A DNA stretch of 64,000 bases from Candidatus Curtissbacteria bacterium (lineage in GTDB: Bacteria; Patescibacteriota; Microgenomatia; Curtissbacterales; GWA2-41-24): NCBI GenBank assembly GCA_016183325.1, contig JACPEV010000011.1:36782-100781 (forward strand). The letters are read 5' to 3'. The translations under genes and the position numbers were made by a program. The notes under the pieces are model-generated. The model was not told the DNA's origin. It made no database searches and saw only the letters and a list, made by a program, of their open reading frames with translations. Of the stretch, positions 27,744 through 35,735 are shown in pieces. Positions within the stretch are counted from its first letter, which is position 1, and each line of letters begins with the position of its first letter.

Positions 27744-28997
27744 TTATGACAGCTCATACTCAATCTCCAGGAGCCTGTTGTATTTTGCAACACGCTCCCC
27801 TCTTGCCGGTGCTCCAAATTTGACGTAGTCAGCACCCACTCCTACAGCAAAATCTGCAATGGAGTCGTCATTGGTTTCACCAGACCGATGAGACACAATT
27901 ATCTTAAAATTGGCCTCTTTAGCAGCTTTAACGACCCTTAGAGCCTCGGTAATGGTTCCAGCTTGGTTAGGTTTAATGACAACGGCATTTGCAGCTTTCT
28001 GACTGATGCATTTTTCCAATCTCGAATAATTAGTAGCAATAAGATCGTCTCCGGTAATCAAGGTTTCGCCTCCCAATTTTTCAGTTAAAGCGCGCCACTG
28101 ATCCCAATCATCTTGATCGAAGGGATCCTCTAGCGAAAGCAGATGGTATTGTTCATTTAAAACGAGAAAAAAATCTAAAAGGTCGTTGGCTGAAAGGGCG
28201 ACTGGCCGATCTTTAATCTTATAGGAACTTCCTTGTTTAATGTGGGAAGCGGCAATATCAAGGCTAATGAAAGCGTCCCATCCAAATTTATAGCCAGCTC
28301 TTGCGACTGCTTCTTCAAGAATTTTAAGTGCATCTATGTTTGAATAAAGTGTCGGCGCATAACCGCCTTCATCACCAATTAGAGCTATAGCACTGTGACT
28401 TTTGATGGTTTCTCTAAGAGCATAGTAAATTTCAGCGCCAAGTCTGAGACTCAATGAGTAAGAACTTGATCTGGGAGTTACGACCATAAACTCTTGAAAA
28501 TCTAAATTGCCGTCAGCATGCTGGCCTCCATTTAGAATATTGAACATGGGTGTGGGAATTACAAACTCATGGATATTTGCTGACTGTAATTTGGCAATGT
28601 ATTGATAAACGGGCATTTTTTGGGAAGTTGCTTGAGCTTTGGCAATCGCAGTAGAGATAGCAATGGTCACGTTGGAGCCGAGATTTGATTTGTTGGGAGT
28701 ACCATCTGCAGTTGTAATAATTTGATCAATTTGTTCTTGGTTTTGAGCATCTTGGCCAATTAATCTGGGAGCTAAAGTTGAATGGATTTTGCGCAAACCT
28801 TCAAGAACTCCTTTTCCCTGGAATCGTTTAGAGTCAATATCTCTTATTTCGATCGCTTCATATTTACTCTTGCTGGTTCCTGATGGAGAAGAAGATACAC
28901 CCATTGATTTATCAGCGAGTTGGACGATAGCTTCAATTGTCGGATAGCCTGTGCTATTTAGGATTTCTCTAGCGATGATTTTCTCTATTTTGGCCAT
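27744..28997 (-). CDS. eno: Enolase
   Basis: N-terminal IIAREILNSTGYPTIE and C-terminal SHRSGETNDDSIADFAVG. Confidence 0.95.
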   Translation of the reverse strand: MAKIEKIIAREILNSTGYPTIEAIVQLADKSMGVSSSPSGTSKSKYEAIEIRDIDSKRFQGKGVLEGLRKIHSTLAPRLIGQDAQNQEQIDQIITTADGTPNKSNLGSNVTIAISTAIAKAQATSQKMPVYQYIAKLQSANIHEFVIPTPMFNILNGGQHADGNLDFQEFMVVTPRSSSYSLSLRLGAEIYYALRETIKSHSAIALIGDEGGYAPTLYSNIDALKILEEAVARAGYKFGWDAFISLDIAASHIKQGSSYKIKDRPVALSANDLLDFFLVLNEQYHLLSLEDPFDQDDWDQWRALTEKLGGETLITGDDLIATNYSRLEKCISQKAANAVVIKPNQAGTITEALRVVKAAKEANFKIIVSHRSGETNDDSIADFAVGVGADYVKFGAPARGERVAKYNRLLEIEYELS

Positions 28998-29008
28998 TTT
29001 TTGGACGA

Positions 29009-31279
29009 CTAGTGACTAGCAACTAGTTTCTTTTCTGTTTCATAGATCAATTGTCTGGTATCATCAATCCGATCGGGATTAACTGAAATGGAAGAAATCC
29101 CCCATGAAATCAATTTTTCCACAAGCTCTGGGTAAACAGATGGAGCTTGGCCGCAGATAGAGCATAAAACTCGATTCTTAACACATGTTTTGACTACCTT
29201 TTCTAATGCCCAAAGAACGGCCTTGTCCATTTCATTAAACTGGCTGGCGACTTCTTCGTTGTCTCTGTCTGTTCCTAAGATCAGCATCGTTAAATCGTTA
29301 GAACCAATGGAGACTCCATCAATACCAAGTTTTAAAAACTGCTCAAGAAGTATGACATTTGCAGGAATTTCGGCCATCATCCAGAATTGAAAACTTGGAT
29401 CTTTAAACAAATTGGCCTCTTCTACCATCTCTTTGACATTTTTGAGTTCGTTTGGAGTTCTTACGAAGGGAATCATAAGTTGCAAATTTGGATGCTTTTG
29501 ACGAACTTGAAGAATGGCAGACAGTTCAAGTTTGAATACATCAGGGTCTTTTACGTATCGAAATGCTCCCCTGTAGCCTAACATGGGGTTTGCTTCTTTG
29601 GGTTCAAACTTATCCCCTCCTTTAAGGTCTTTATATTCGTTCGATTTAAGATCACTGGCTCTATAGATTACGGACCTTTCGCCGAAAGCTTTAGCAAAAA
29701 CAACTAGTTTATCTGACAGCATGTTTATAAAGTCCTCTTTTTTACCTTCTTTTAAAAATACCTTGGGATGAGTTCCGATTTCGGCAAGAATGAATTCTGC
29801 TCTTAAAAGTCCTATTCCGTCGACTGGCTTTGCAGCTATTTGGACGGCCATTTGAGGACTGGAGAGATTAACCAAAAGTTTTGTGGCAGTTTTAGTGACG
29901 AGACGAAGCGATTCTTTGTTGGCTAAATGTAGTTCTGAGGGCTTGAGCCTACTTCCTTCAAAAACCAAACCTTTGGCGCCATCGACGGTGACTGTCATAC
30001 CACTTTTGAGTTTGTGTGTTGCTCCCTCGGCGCCAACAATGCAAGAAATGCCAAATTCTCTGGCAACTATAGCGGCGTGTGAAGTACGTCCACCTTTTTC
30101 AGTAATAACAGCGGCAGCTTTTTTCATCGCTTGAACGTAATCTGGGTTGGTCATTTTTGCAACTAAAACATCACCTTTTTGGACTTTTGTTAGTTCTTTT
30201 GGTGAGTTTATGACTACGACTGTCCCTGTAGCAATTATTGGAGATGCAGGAGAACCTGTTAATATCGGCGAATGGTGAATAGTGAATGGTGAATGGATAG
30301 TTCCTCTGTCTTCCATTCTCAATTTTCCATTTTCCAGTGTGGTGACCGGCCGTGTTTGAACAATATATAACTTCTTATTCTCGTAAGCCCACTCGATATC
30401 TTGAGGGAAAAAATAATGTTTTTCTATTCTTGCGCCGAGCCTTGCAAGTTCAATAATTTTTTCATCCGGAAGTTTTTGGGTTTTTCTAAATTCCCTGGCG
30501 ATTGTTATCAGTTTATTGCCATTTTTACTCTTGACTAATTGTTTATCTTGGGACTGGATATTCTTTTTGGTTATTTGAAGCGTTTTTTTGTCGACTTCGT
30601 AGTGATCCGGTGTAACCTGTCCACTTACGATCAGTTCTCCAAGACCGAAGGCTGACTCTATAATTATTTTGCCTTTATCATTTGTAATTGGATCTACGGT
30701 AAACATAACCCCAGAAACCTCCGACTGGACCATTTTTTGAACAGGAACGGCGATGCCAACTTTAAAATGGTCAAATTTTTTTTGCACCCGGTAGAAAATG
30801 CTTCTGCCTTCAAAAAGTGAAGCCCACGTGGATAAAATTGCTTCTTTTAGCGCTTTTTTGCCTCGAATATTAAGAAAGGTTGCTTGCTGGCCAGCAAAGG
30901 AGGCACTAGGGAGGTCTTCCGCCGTTGCCGACGAACGAACAGCAACATAGTCTTTGCCTTGAGAAAGTTTGTTATAAAACGTGTCTATTTTACGCGCAAG
31001 CGCTGAATCTAATTGAATGTTTTTTATCTCTTTTTGAGCGCCTTCCGCAGCCTTTTGAAGTGCCAGGGGGTCGTCAACATTAAGACCATACAGAAGGCCT
31101 TTTATACGATCCAGCGCTCCTGAGGATCTGACGTTTTGGAAATACGCCTGAGAGGTAATTATAAAACCATTGGGAATCGGGATCTTAAATCGGGTGAGTT
31201 CGCCAAGATTAGCACCTTTACCACCAACGATCACACCGTCATTTTTGTCAACTTGTTCAAACCAAACAATATTTTCCAT
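29009..31279 (-). CDS. ppsA: Phosphoenolpyruvate synthase / pyruvate, water dikinase (PEP-utilising enzyme family)
   Basis: ATP-grasp N-domain, phosphohistidine region GGRTSHAAIVAREFGISCIVG and C-terminal PEP-utilising TIM barrel. An internal 7-nt repeat at 30270-30300 encodes an insert-like segment. Confidence 0.8.
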   Translation of the reverse strand: MENIVWFEQVDKNDGVIVGGKGANLGELTRFKIPIPNGFIITSQAYFQNVRSSGALDRIKGLLYGLNVDDPLALQKAAEGAQKEIKNIQLDSALARKIDTFYNKLSQGKDYVAVRSSATAEDLPSASFAGQQATFLNIRGKKALKEAILSTWASLFEGRSIFYRVQKKFDHFKVGIAVPVQKMVQSEVSGVMFTVDPITNDKGKIIIESAFGLGELIVSGQVTPDHYEVDKKTLQITKKNIQSQDKQLVKSKNGNKLITIAREFRKTQKLPDEKIIELARLGARIEKHYFFPQDIEWAYENKKLYIVQTRPVTTLENGKLRMEDRGTIHSPFTIHHSPILTGSPASPIIATGTVVVINSPKELTKVQKGDVLVAKMTNPDYVQAMKKAAAVITEKGGRTSHAAIVAREFGISCIVGAEGATHKLKSGMTVTVDGAKGLVFEGSRLKPSELHLANKESLRLVTKTATKLLVNLSSPQMAVQIAAKPVDGIGLLRAEFILAEIGTHPKVFLKEGKKEDFINMLSDKLVVFAKAFGERSVIYRASDLKSNEYKDLKGGDKFEPKEANPMLGYRGAFRYVKDPDVFKLELSAILQVRQKHPNLQLMIPFVRTPNELKNVKEMVEEANLFKDPSFQFWMMAEIPANVILLEQFLKLGIDGVSIGSNDLTMLILGTDRDNEEVASQFNEMDKAVLWALEKVVKTCVKNRVLCSICGQAPSVYPELVEKLISWGISSISVNPDRIDDTRQLIYETEKKLVASH

Positions 31280-31307
31280 GTGGGCAGTATTAGATTTATT
31301 GTAGCAT

Positions 31308-31997
31308 TTAGAAAGAGAGATATTTAAGAAGAAGGACGGAAATTAGTGTTTGACCATTTAAGTTGGTCGCACCTGTTTTTATAAGTGAATCTATTTTTAA
31401 AGCTCCATTGTAAAGATTGATGAGTGTTTTAAGGTTAAACCGCTGGGCTTGAAGGCGATATTTTTCCCATTGCCAATCGGCAATATTTTTGCCGCTTACT
31501 TTCCTTGAAATTTCCAAGTTAAAGCTCAATTTCGCAAGAATCAGAAGGAGAATTCTTGAGGTTAAGTGATAGATTAAATTTGTCTCTTTGCTTCCAAGGA
31601 ACGACAATTGCTCTAAGGCTTTTTTTGCATCGTTAGAAAGGGAATCTAAAAAGCGAAATATTTGTGGTTGGGGTTTGAAATTTTCAATGGAAGCATATTT
31701 TTTTAATTTTACAAGCAAAGAAGCCGGAACTTGAGAATGTTCCCAAAAAATCACGGTTTGATCACTGGTGATCTTTGCAAAAACGTCAGTTTTGATCTTT
31801 TTGCCAGAGATGAGATTTTCGCAAATGATGATTTTTTCAGCACTGATAAGATCTTGTGAAAAAACCGACAAATAAAAGTCTTCTTCTGAATTTTTTTCTG
31901 TAAGTTTTATTTTTTGATGTCTTGGGAAACCTGCCAGAATTTGAGTCAATCTCTGATAAGCGGAGTTGGTATCTTCACCGTGAAGTACGTAGAGCAT
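31308..31997 (-). CDS. DNA polymerase III delta subunit-like protein (short)
   Basis: N-terminal MLYVLHGEDTNSAYQR resembles the HolA N-terminus. Weak overall. Confidence 0.35.
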   Translation of the reverse strand: MLYVLHGEDTNSAYQRLTQILAGFPRHQKIKLTEKNSEEDFYLSVFSQDLISAEKIIICENLISGKKIKTDVFAKITSDQTVIFWEHSQVPASLLVKLKKYASIENFKPQPQIFRFLDSLSNDAKKALEQLSFLGSKETNLIYHLTSRILLLILAKLSFNLEISRKVSGKNIADWQWEKYRLQAQRFNLKTLINLYNGALKIDSLIKTGATNLNGQTLISVLLLKYLSF

Positions 31998-32006
31998 CTT
32001 GACTTA

Positions 32007-32270
32007 GCCGGTTTTTATAACGTCGCTGTTTTCTTTAACCTCTTTGTCTACCTTGAGACCAAATTCATCGCCTGATTTGGCAATATCAATATTTGCGCGT
32101 TCTATCTGCATTGAGGAAACTTCCTGAGTAAATTCCGTTCCGTCTCTTGTTACAAGTTTCACCTTATCACCAACTTTCAAATCACCTTTTGAAAGCTTAA
32201 CAACGGCAACGCCGATTTTATCATAGTAGTGGGAAATTTTCCCGATTTTTTTATCTGCTATTTTTGATCA
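32007..32270 (-). other. Start-less 87-codon ORF encoding a translation-factor-type β-barrel (IF2-C2/EF-Tu domain 2-like); possible gene remnant or non-ATG-initiated small protein
   Basis: ...IGVAVVKLSKGDLKVGDKVKLVTRDGTEFTQEVSSMQIERANIDIAKSGDEFGLKVDKEVKENSDVIKTG*. It opens directly after a TGA with no in-frame ATG before codon 53; in-frame TTG and GTG candidates exist. Confidence 0.25.
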
Positions 32271-32374
32271 CCACCCTTCATTACTTTAAGGGCAAACCTC
32301 CGGTTTTCTCCCTAGGGTCGATCTTTTAGATCAGACCTTAATATTCCCTTTCCCTTTTCAATTGTATTATTAGA

Positions 32375-32578
32375 TTAATTGCTTTCTGGCTTTTCTTCAA
32401 GTAGCTTGTTGATTTTGGCTTGGGCACTTTTTAATTTTTCTTGGCATTTTTTATGAAGTTCGATGCCTTCGGCGAGAAGTTCAACAGCCTCTTCTAAATC
32501 AAGGTCTTGACTTTCCAGTTTTTCGACAATTTCTTCAAGCCTTTCAATCGCCTTTTTGAAGTTTAAGTCCTTGGCCAT
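32375..32578 (-). CDS. xseB: Exodeoxyribonuclease VII small subunit
   Basis: 67-aa helical protein. FKKAIERLEEIVEKLESQDLDLEEAVELLAEG. Confidence 0.8.
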   Translation of the reverse strand: MAKDLNFKKAIERLEEIVEKLESQDLDLEEAVELLAEGIELHKKCQEKLKSAQAKINKLLEEKPESN

Positions 32579-33866
32579 ATGTTTGACTAGTTGGCTGATC
32601 CTCCTTAGTCAGGATTTTTGATGTTACTTTCCCTCTGTGAAATTGTACTTTAAGTTTGGAGCCGATGGCAACCTGGGAAGAGTTTTTGATGACACGATTA
32701 CTTTCATCAGTTGTAATACTATATCCACGAGCTAGCGTGTTTAATGGCGAAAGAATGATCAGCTTTTCGTTAAGGCTGTTAAGTAAACTGGATTTCTCCT
32801 GCAAAAAATATTTGCTGGTGTTTTTGATGGAAACGAGGTATGTTTCAAGTTTTTGAGAATTTTTGACAATAATTCGATCTTCTGCCGTTTTGAGGCTTTG
32901 TTTTAGGAAATCGAGATGGCGCGGGAACTGTTGGAATTTTTCTTTATGGTAGGCGAGCCTGTGGAATGTTAAATCAAGTGTTTGAGAACTTGAAGAGATC
33001 AGTCTTGCGATCGACTTTTCGAGAAGATCTCGGTAGGCTGTCAATTTTTCTTCTAAGGATAAAAAATCTGCAGTTATTATTTTGGCAGCATCTGTCGGGG
33101 TTGAAGCGGCAATATCGGCCACAAGCTGGGCAATGGTGACATCTTTTTCGTGGCCGACACCGACGACTATCGTGGTTTTGGCGTGGAAAATACTGTGTGC
33201 AACTTTCTCATCGTTGAAAGCAGCAAGGTCTTCAAGAGAACCACCGCCTCTAACAAGAACAATGGCGTCGAAACCGCCTTTCTCCGCTTTCTGAATAGCT
33301 TTGACAATCTGATTGACTGCGGAAGATCCCTGAACCATAACATCAAACAAAGTGACATTTATGACGGGAAAGCGATCAACGCTATGCCGTTTGAAATCAA
33401 ACCAGGCATCGGCAATTTTGCTGGTGATGACGGCAATTTTTGTGGGGTATGATGGTAAAGGCTTTTTGCGAGACTTATCAAAATAGCCTTTTTGCTCGAG
33501 TTTCTTTTTGAGTTTTTCAAGTTCGGCCAAAAGAATCCCTTCGCCAAACTGTTCAAGCTGGTGAATGTACATTTGAAATGTGCCGTCCCTTTCATAAAGA
33601 GAAAGATTGCCAAGAGCTAGGACTTTGATACCGTCGGCCATTGCAAAATCGACAGATTGAAAAATCGAAGGTTCCAAAATACAGGGGAGTTTATAGCCAG
33701 TGTTGGGATCTTTTAGGTCGAAGTAAAGATAACGATAATGATGGTTTAATCCTTTGAAAGAGGAAATTTCGCCCTCGACCCAGAATGACATGTTCTCGAG
33801 CGTTTGGCGGGTAAGCGCATTAACCTCTGAAACGCTATATACGGACTTACCGTCAATTGTTTTCAT
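32544..33866 (-). CDS. xseA: Exodeoxyribonuclease VII large subunit
   Basis: N-terminal OB-fold (SVSEVNALTRQTLENMSFWVEGEISSF) and catalytic core VLVRGGGSLEDL. Confidence 0.85.
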   Translation of the reverse strand: MKTIDGKSVYSVSEVNALTRQTLENMSFWVEGEISSFKGLNHHYRYLYFDLKDPNTGYKLPCILEPSIFQSVDFAMADGIKVLALGNLSLYERDGTFQMYIHQLEQFGEGILLAELEKLKKKLEQKGYFDKSRKKPLPSYPTKIAVITSKIADAWFDFKRHSVDRFPVINVTLFDVMVQGSSAVNQIVKAIQKAEKGGFDAIVLVRGGGSLEDLAAFNDEKVAHSIFHAKTTIVVGVGHEKDVTIAQLVADIAASTPTDAAKIITADFLSLEEKLTAYRDLLEKSIARLISSSSQTLDLTFHRLAYHKEKFQQFPRHLDFLKQSLKTAEDRIIVKNSQKLETYLVSIKNTSKYFLQEKSSLLNSLNEKLIILSPLNTLARGYSITTDESNRVIKNSSQVAIGSKLKVQFHRGKVTSKILTKEDQPTSQTYGQGLKLQKGD

Positions 33867-33930
33867 TTTTCAAAGTATAGCATTTTTGACCTGACACATA
33901 TTGATATTTTAAAGTACTAGATTTGGTCTG

Positions 33931-34026
33931 TTGACATGAAATCTTTCATATATTATATTGTCCCATGCTTATCGCAAGATAGGCAATTTGAAAGGGCTTC
34001 TCGCAAGAGAGGCCTTTTCTTTTTTG
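33931..34026 (+). ncRNA. Candidate small RNA module 1: TTGACA-N17-TATATT promoter, GNRA-tetraloop hairpin (CTTATCgcaaGATAGG), intrinsic terminator (GGGCTTCTCgcaaGAGAGGCC plus T-run)
   Basis: Complete promoter-to-terminator unit of ~60 nt with no ORF, on the strand opposite to the flanking genes. Paralogous to 34586-34678. Confidence 0.45.
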
Positions 34027-34027
34027 A

Positions 34028-34077
34028 TGGTAGAAGGTAGAAGATAGAAGATGGAATGTGAGGATAGAAGGTAGACA
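34028..34077 (+). repeat. Iteron-like array of (G/A)(G/A)TAGAA heptamers (GATGGTAGAA GGTAGAA GATAGAA GATGGAA ... GATAGAA GGTAGAC)
   Basis: Tandem motif array immediately 3' of the four-helix-bundle gene. An inverted counterpart lies at 34488-34552. Confidence 0.6.
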
Positions 34078-34485
34078 TTAGAAAGATTTCCAGTTCCTGC
34101 GAAGATTTGTTAATTTACCACCTAGCATTTGATATCTTTTAAGTAAAGCCTCGCAAAAATCTTTTTCCCAATAGTTTAAATCTCTTGCTGTATCTATGTG
34201 CACTTCCATTTCATTTGCAGACCCAAGTAAACTGTCAAGGTGTTTTTTAAATTCCTTCTCGAATCTTCTCTTCGCCCATCCTTCAGCAATGTTAGAGGGG
34301 CAAGATTTTGAAGCTCTTCTCATTTGCGATGCCAAATCGTTTCTCTCGTAAACAGGAAATTTCTCAACTGCTTTATGGACAATCAGCATCAGCTGGTAAG
34401 CCTCTTGGTATACTTCGAGGTCGCGAAAACTCTTGATCATTTTGCTTTTAAGGAAAGGGTTGCACTTTCTATCGGTACATTTCAA
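34078..34485 (-). CDS. Four-helix-bundle protein (TIGR02436 / PF05635 '23S rRNA-intervening-sequence protein' family, Avd-like fold)
   Basis: FRDLEVYQEAYQLMLIVHKAVEKFP...ERNDLASQMRRASKSCPSNIAEGWAKR matches the family signature. Confidence 0.8.
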   Translation of the reverse strand: MKCTDRKCNPFLKSKMIKSFRDLEVYQEAYQLMLIVHKAVEKFPVYERNDLASQMRRASKSCPSNIAEGWAKRRFEKEFKKHLDSLLGSANEMEVHIDTARDLNYWEKDFCEALLKRYQMLGGKLTNLRRNWKSF

Positions 34486-34487
34486 AT

Positions 34488-34552
34488 CTATACTCTATCA
34501 TCAAAATCTACCGTCTACCCTCAATCATCTATCATCTAATTATGATTGATCT
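34488..34552 (+). repeat. Inverted copy of the GGTAGA/GATAGA iteron array (reads TCTACC/TCTATC on the plus strand)
   Basis: atctaccgtctaccctcaatcatctatcatcta. With 34028-34077 it forms inverted terminal arrays bracketing the four-helix-bundle gene. Confidence 0.55.
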
Positions 34553-34585
34553 AAATTGATATTCTTAGGTACTAGATTTGGTCTG

Positions 34586-34678
34586 TTGACAAGGGTCGTT
34601 TACTAGTATATATTTGTCGATGCTTATCGCAAGATAGGCAATGAAAGGGCTTAGGGGGTAACTCTTAAGCCTTTTCTT
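34586..34678 (+). ncRNA. Candidate small RNA module 2: TTGACA-N17-TATATT promoter, identical hairpin ATGCTTATCGCAAGATAGGCAAT, terminator GGGCTTAGggggtaactCTTAAGCC plus T-run
   Basis: Paralog of 33931-34026. Lies in the upstream (5') region of the four-helix-bundle gene but on the opposite strand. Confidence 0.45.
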
Positions 34679-34681
34679 CAT

Positions 34682-35392
34682 TTAGAAATACCTCAGCGTA
34701 CTTGACATGTCCCCTAGAATTTTTTCATAATTTGCGACGTTGTCTTTGGCATCCAGCTGTTGGTAATAAAGAACGAGAGGTGTTTGAGAATCGAAAATTA
34801 AAAAACTTAATTTTTCAAATCCTCGTGGAATCGTGCCGGCTCCCGTGGCCACAGATCTAATTTTTTTAACCGATCTACCATCTATAACGATGCTTACACT
34901 TGAAAGAATACTTTGAAAGTCGTTGGGATTATCATAAAATTTAACCGTTGAGAGCCAGTCTTCTATTTTTACTGGTTCAATTCTGACGGGTACAATATTG
35001 TTTTGGGTTTTAGAATTGACTACAAATGAAAACGGCGCAAAAAAAGTGCATTTTTGTTCCTCTAGGTCATATGTTGTAAACCAGTCCTTGGGATAAGCTA
35101 CTTCGAAACCGTAAAGGGTGTTTGAACAAAGCTTGACAAATGAGGAGATAACAGTTCCAGACTGAACGTCCGTGCCGGGAAGCGGCTGCTCAATTGTATT
35201 GTCAGCAGCCTTATTTTCAATTTTAGATCTTAGAATTTGCCCAAAATCCGAATTCTTTCCAAGAATGAAAAATATGAGGCCATAGACAACGAGGAAAATT
35301 AAAATTGATGTTACTTTAAGGTATTTCTTAAGATTTAAAAGCGTGAGATTTATAAGCGTCAACTTACTCTCCCTTAATTCAGGATAAAGCAA
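34682..35392 (-). CDS. Hypothetical membrane-anchored protein
   Basis: 236 aa with an N-terminal TM helix. No domain recognised. Confidence 0.45.
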   Translation of the reverse strand: MLYPELRESKLTLINLTLLNLKKYLKVTSILIFLVVYGLIFFILGKNSDFGQILRSKIENKAADNTIEQPLPGTDVQSGTVISSFVKLCSNTLYGFEVAYPKDWFTTYDLEEQKCTFFAPFSFVVNSKTQNNIVPVRIEPVKIEDWLSTVKFYDNPNDFQSILSSVSIVIDGRSVKKIRSVATGAGTIPRGFEKLSFLIFDSQTPLVLYYQQLDAKDNVANYEKILGDMSSTLRYF

Positions 35393-35419
35393 AGTCTGCG
35401 CTTAGAGCAAGGGTTGGAA

Positions 35420-35653
35420 TTAAACTTGCGGTTGACCGCCGGTTTGACCGCCGGTTGAATTTTCACCCTCATCCGGAGAACCTACACTTGGCTCTTGGGT
35501 AACCGGGGGTGGAGGTGGAAGTTCTTCTTCGCCAGGTGCCGTAACTGGTGGTTCAGGTGGCGGCGGTGTTGGTTGACCTTGATCGGTGACTGGCGGTACT
35601 TGCGGTACAGCAGGGTTCGGACCACCGGGTTGATTTTGATCGTTTGGATCCAT
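35420..35653 (-). CDS. Small Pro-rich low-complexity protein (77 aa), hypothetical
   Basis: PPPPEPP and PPPPP runs. May be a real gene or a low-complexity ORF. Confidence 0.3.
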   Translation of the reverse strand: MDPNDQNQPGGPNPAVPQVPPVTDQGQPTPPPPEPPVTAPGEEELPPPPPVTQEPSVGSPDEGENSTGGQTGGQPQV

Positions 35654-35735
35654 CTATGTATTCCTCCTTTCTAATATTGTAACAAAATAATCTCACCATT
35701 TGTAAACCCCCGTAAAAATTTAGCAACAAAATACT

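Noticed and set aside
33082-33613. Several 63-100-aa ORFs on both strands
   Set aside because: All nested within xseA; shadow ORFs.
34078-34680. Diversity-generating retroelement (DGR) hypothesis for the Avd-like four-helix-bundle gene with two flanking ~110-bp similar repeats
   Set aside because: No reverse transcriptase gene anywhere nearby. The two repeats differ by block substitutions rather than adenine-specific changes, and each is a complete promoter-hairpin-terminator unit. Interpreted instead as sRNA-like modules plus iteron arrays.
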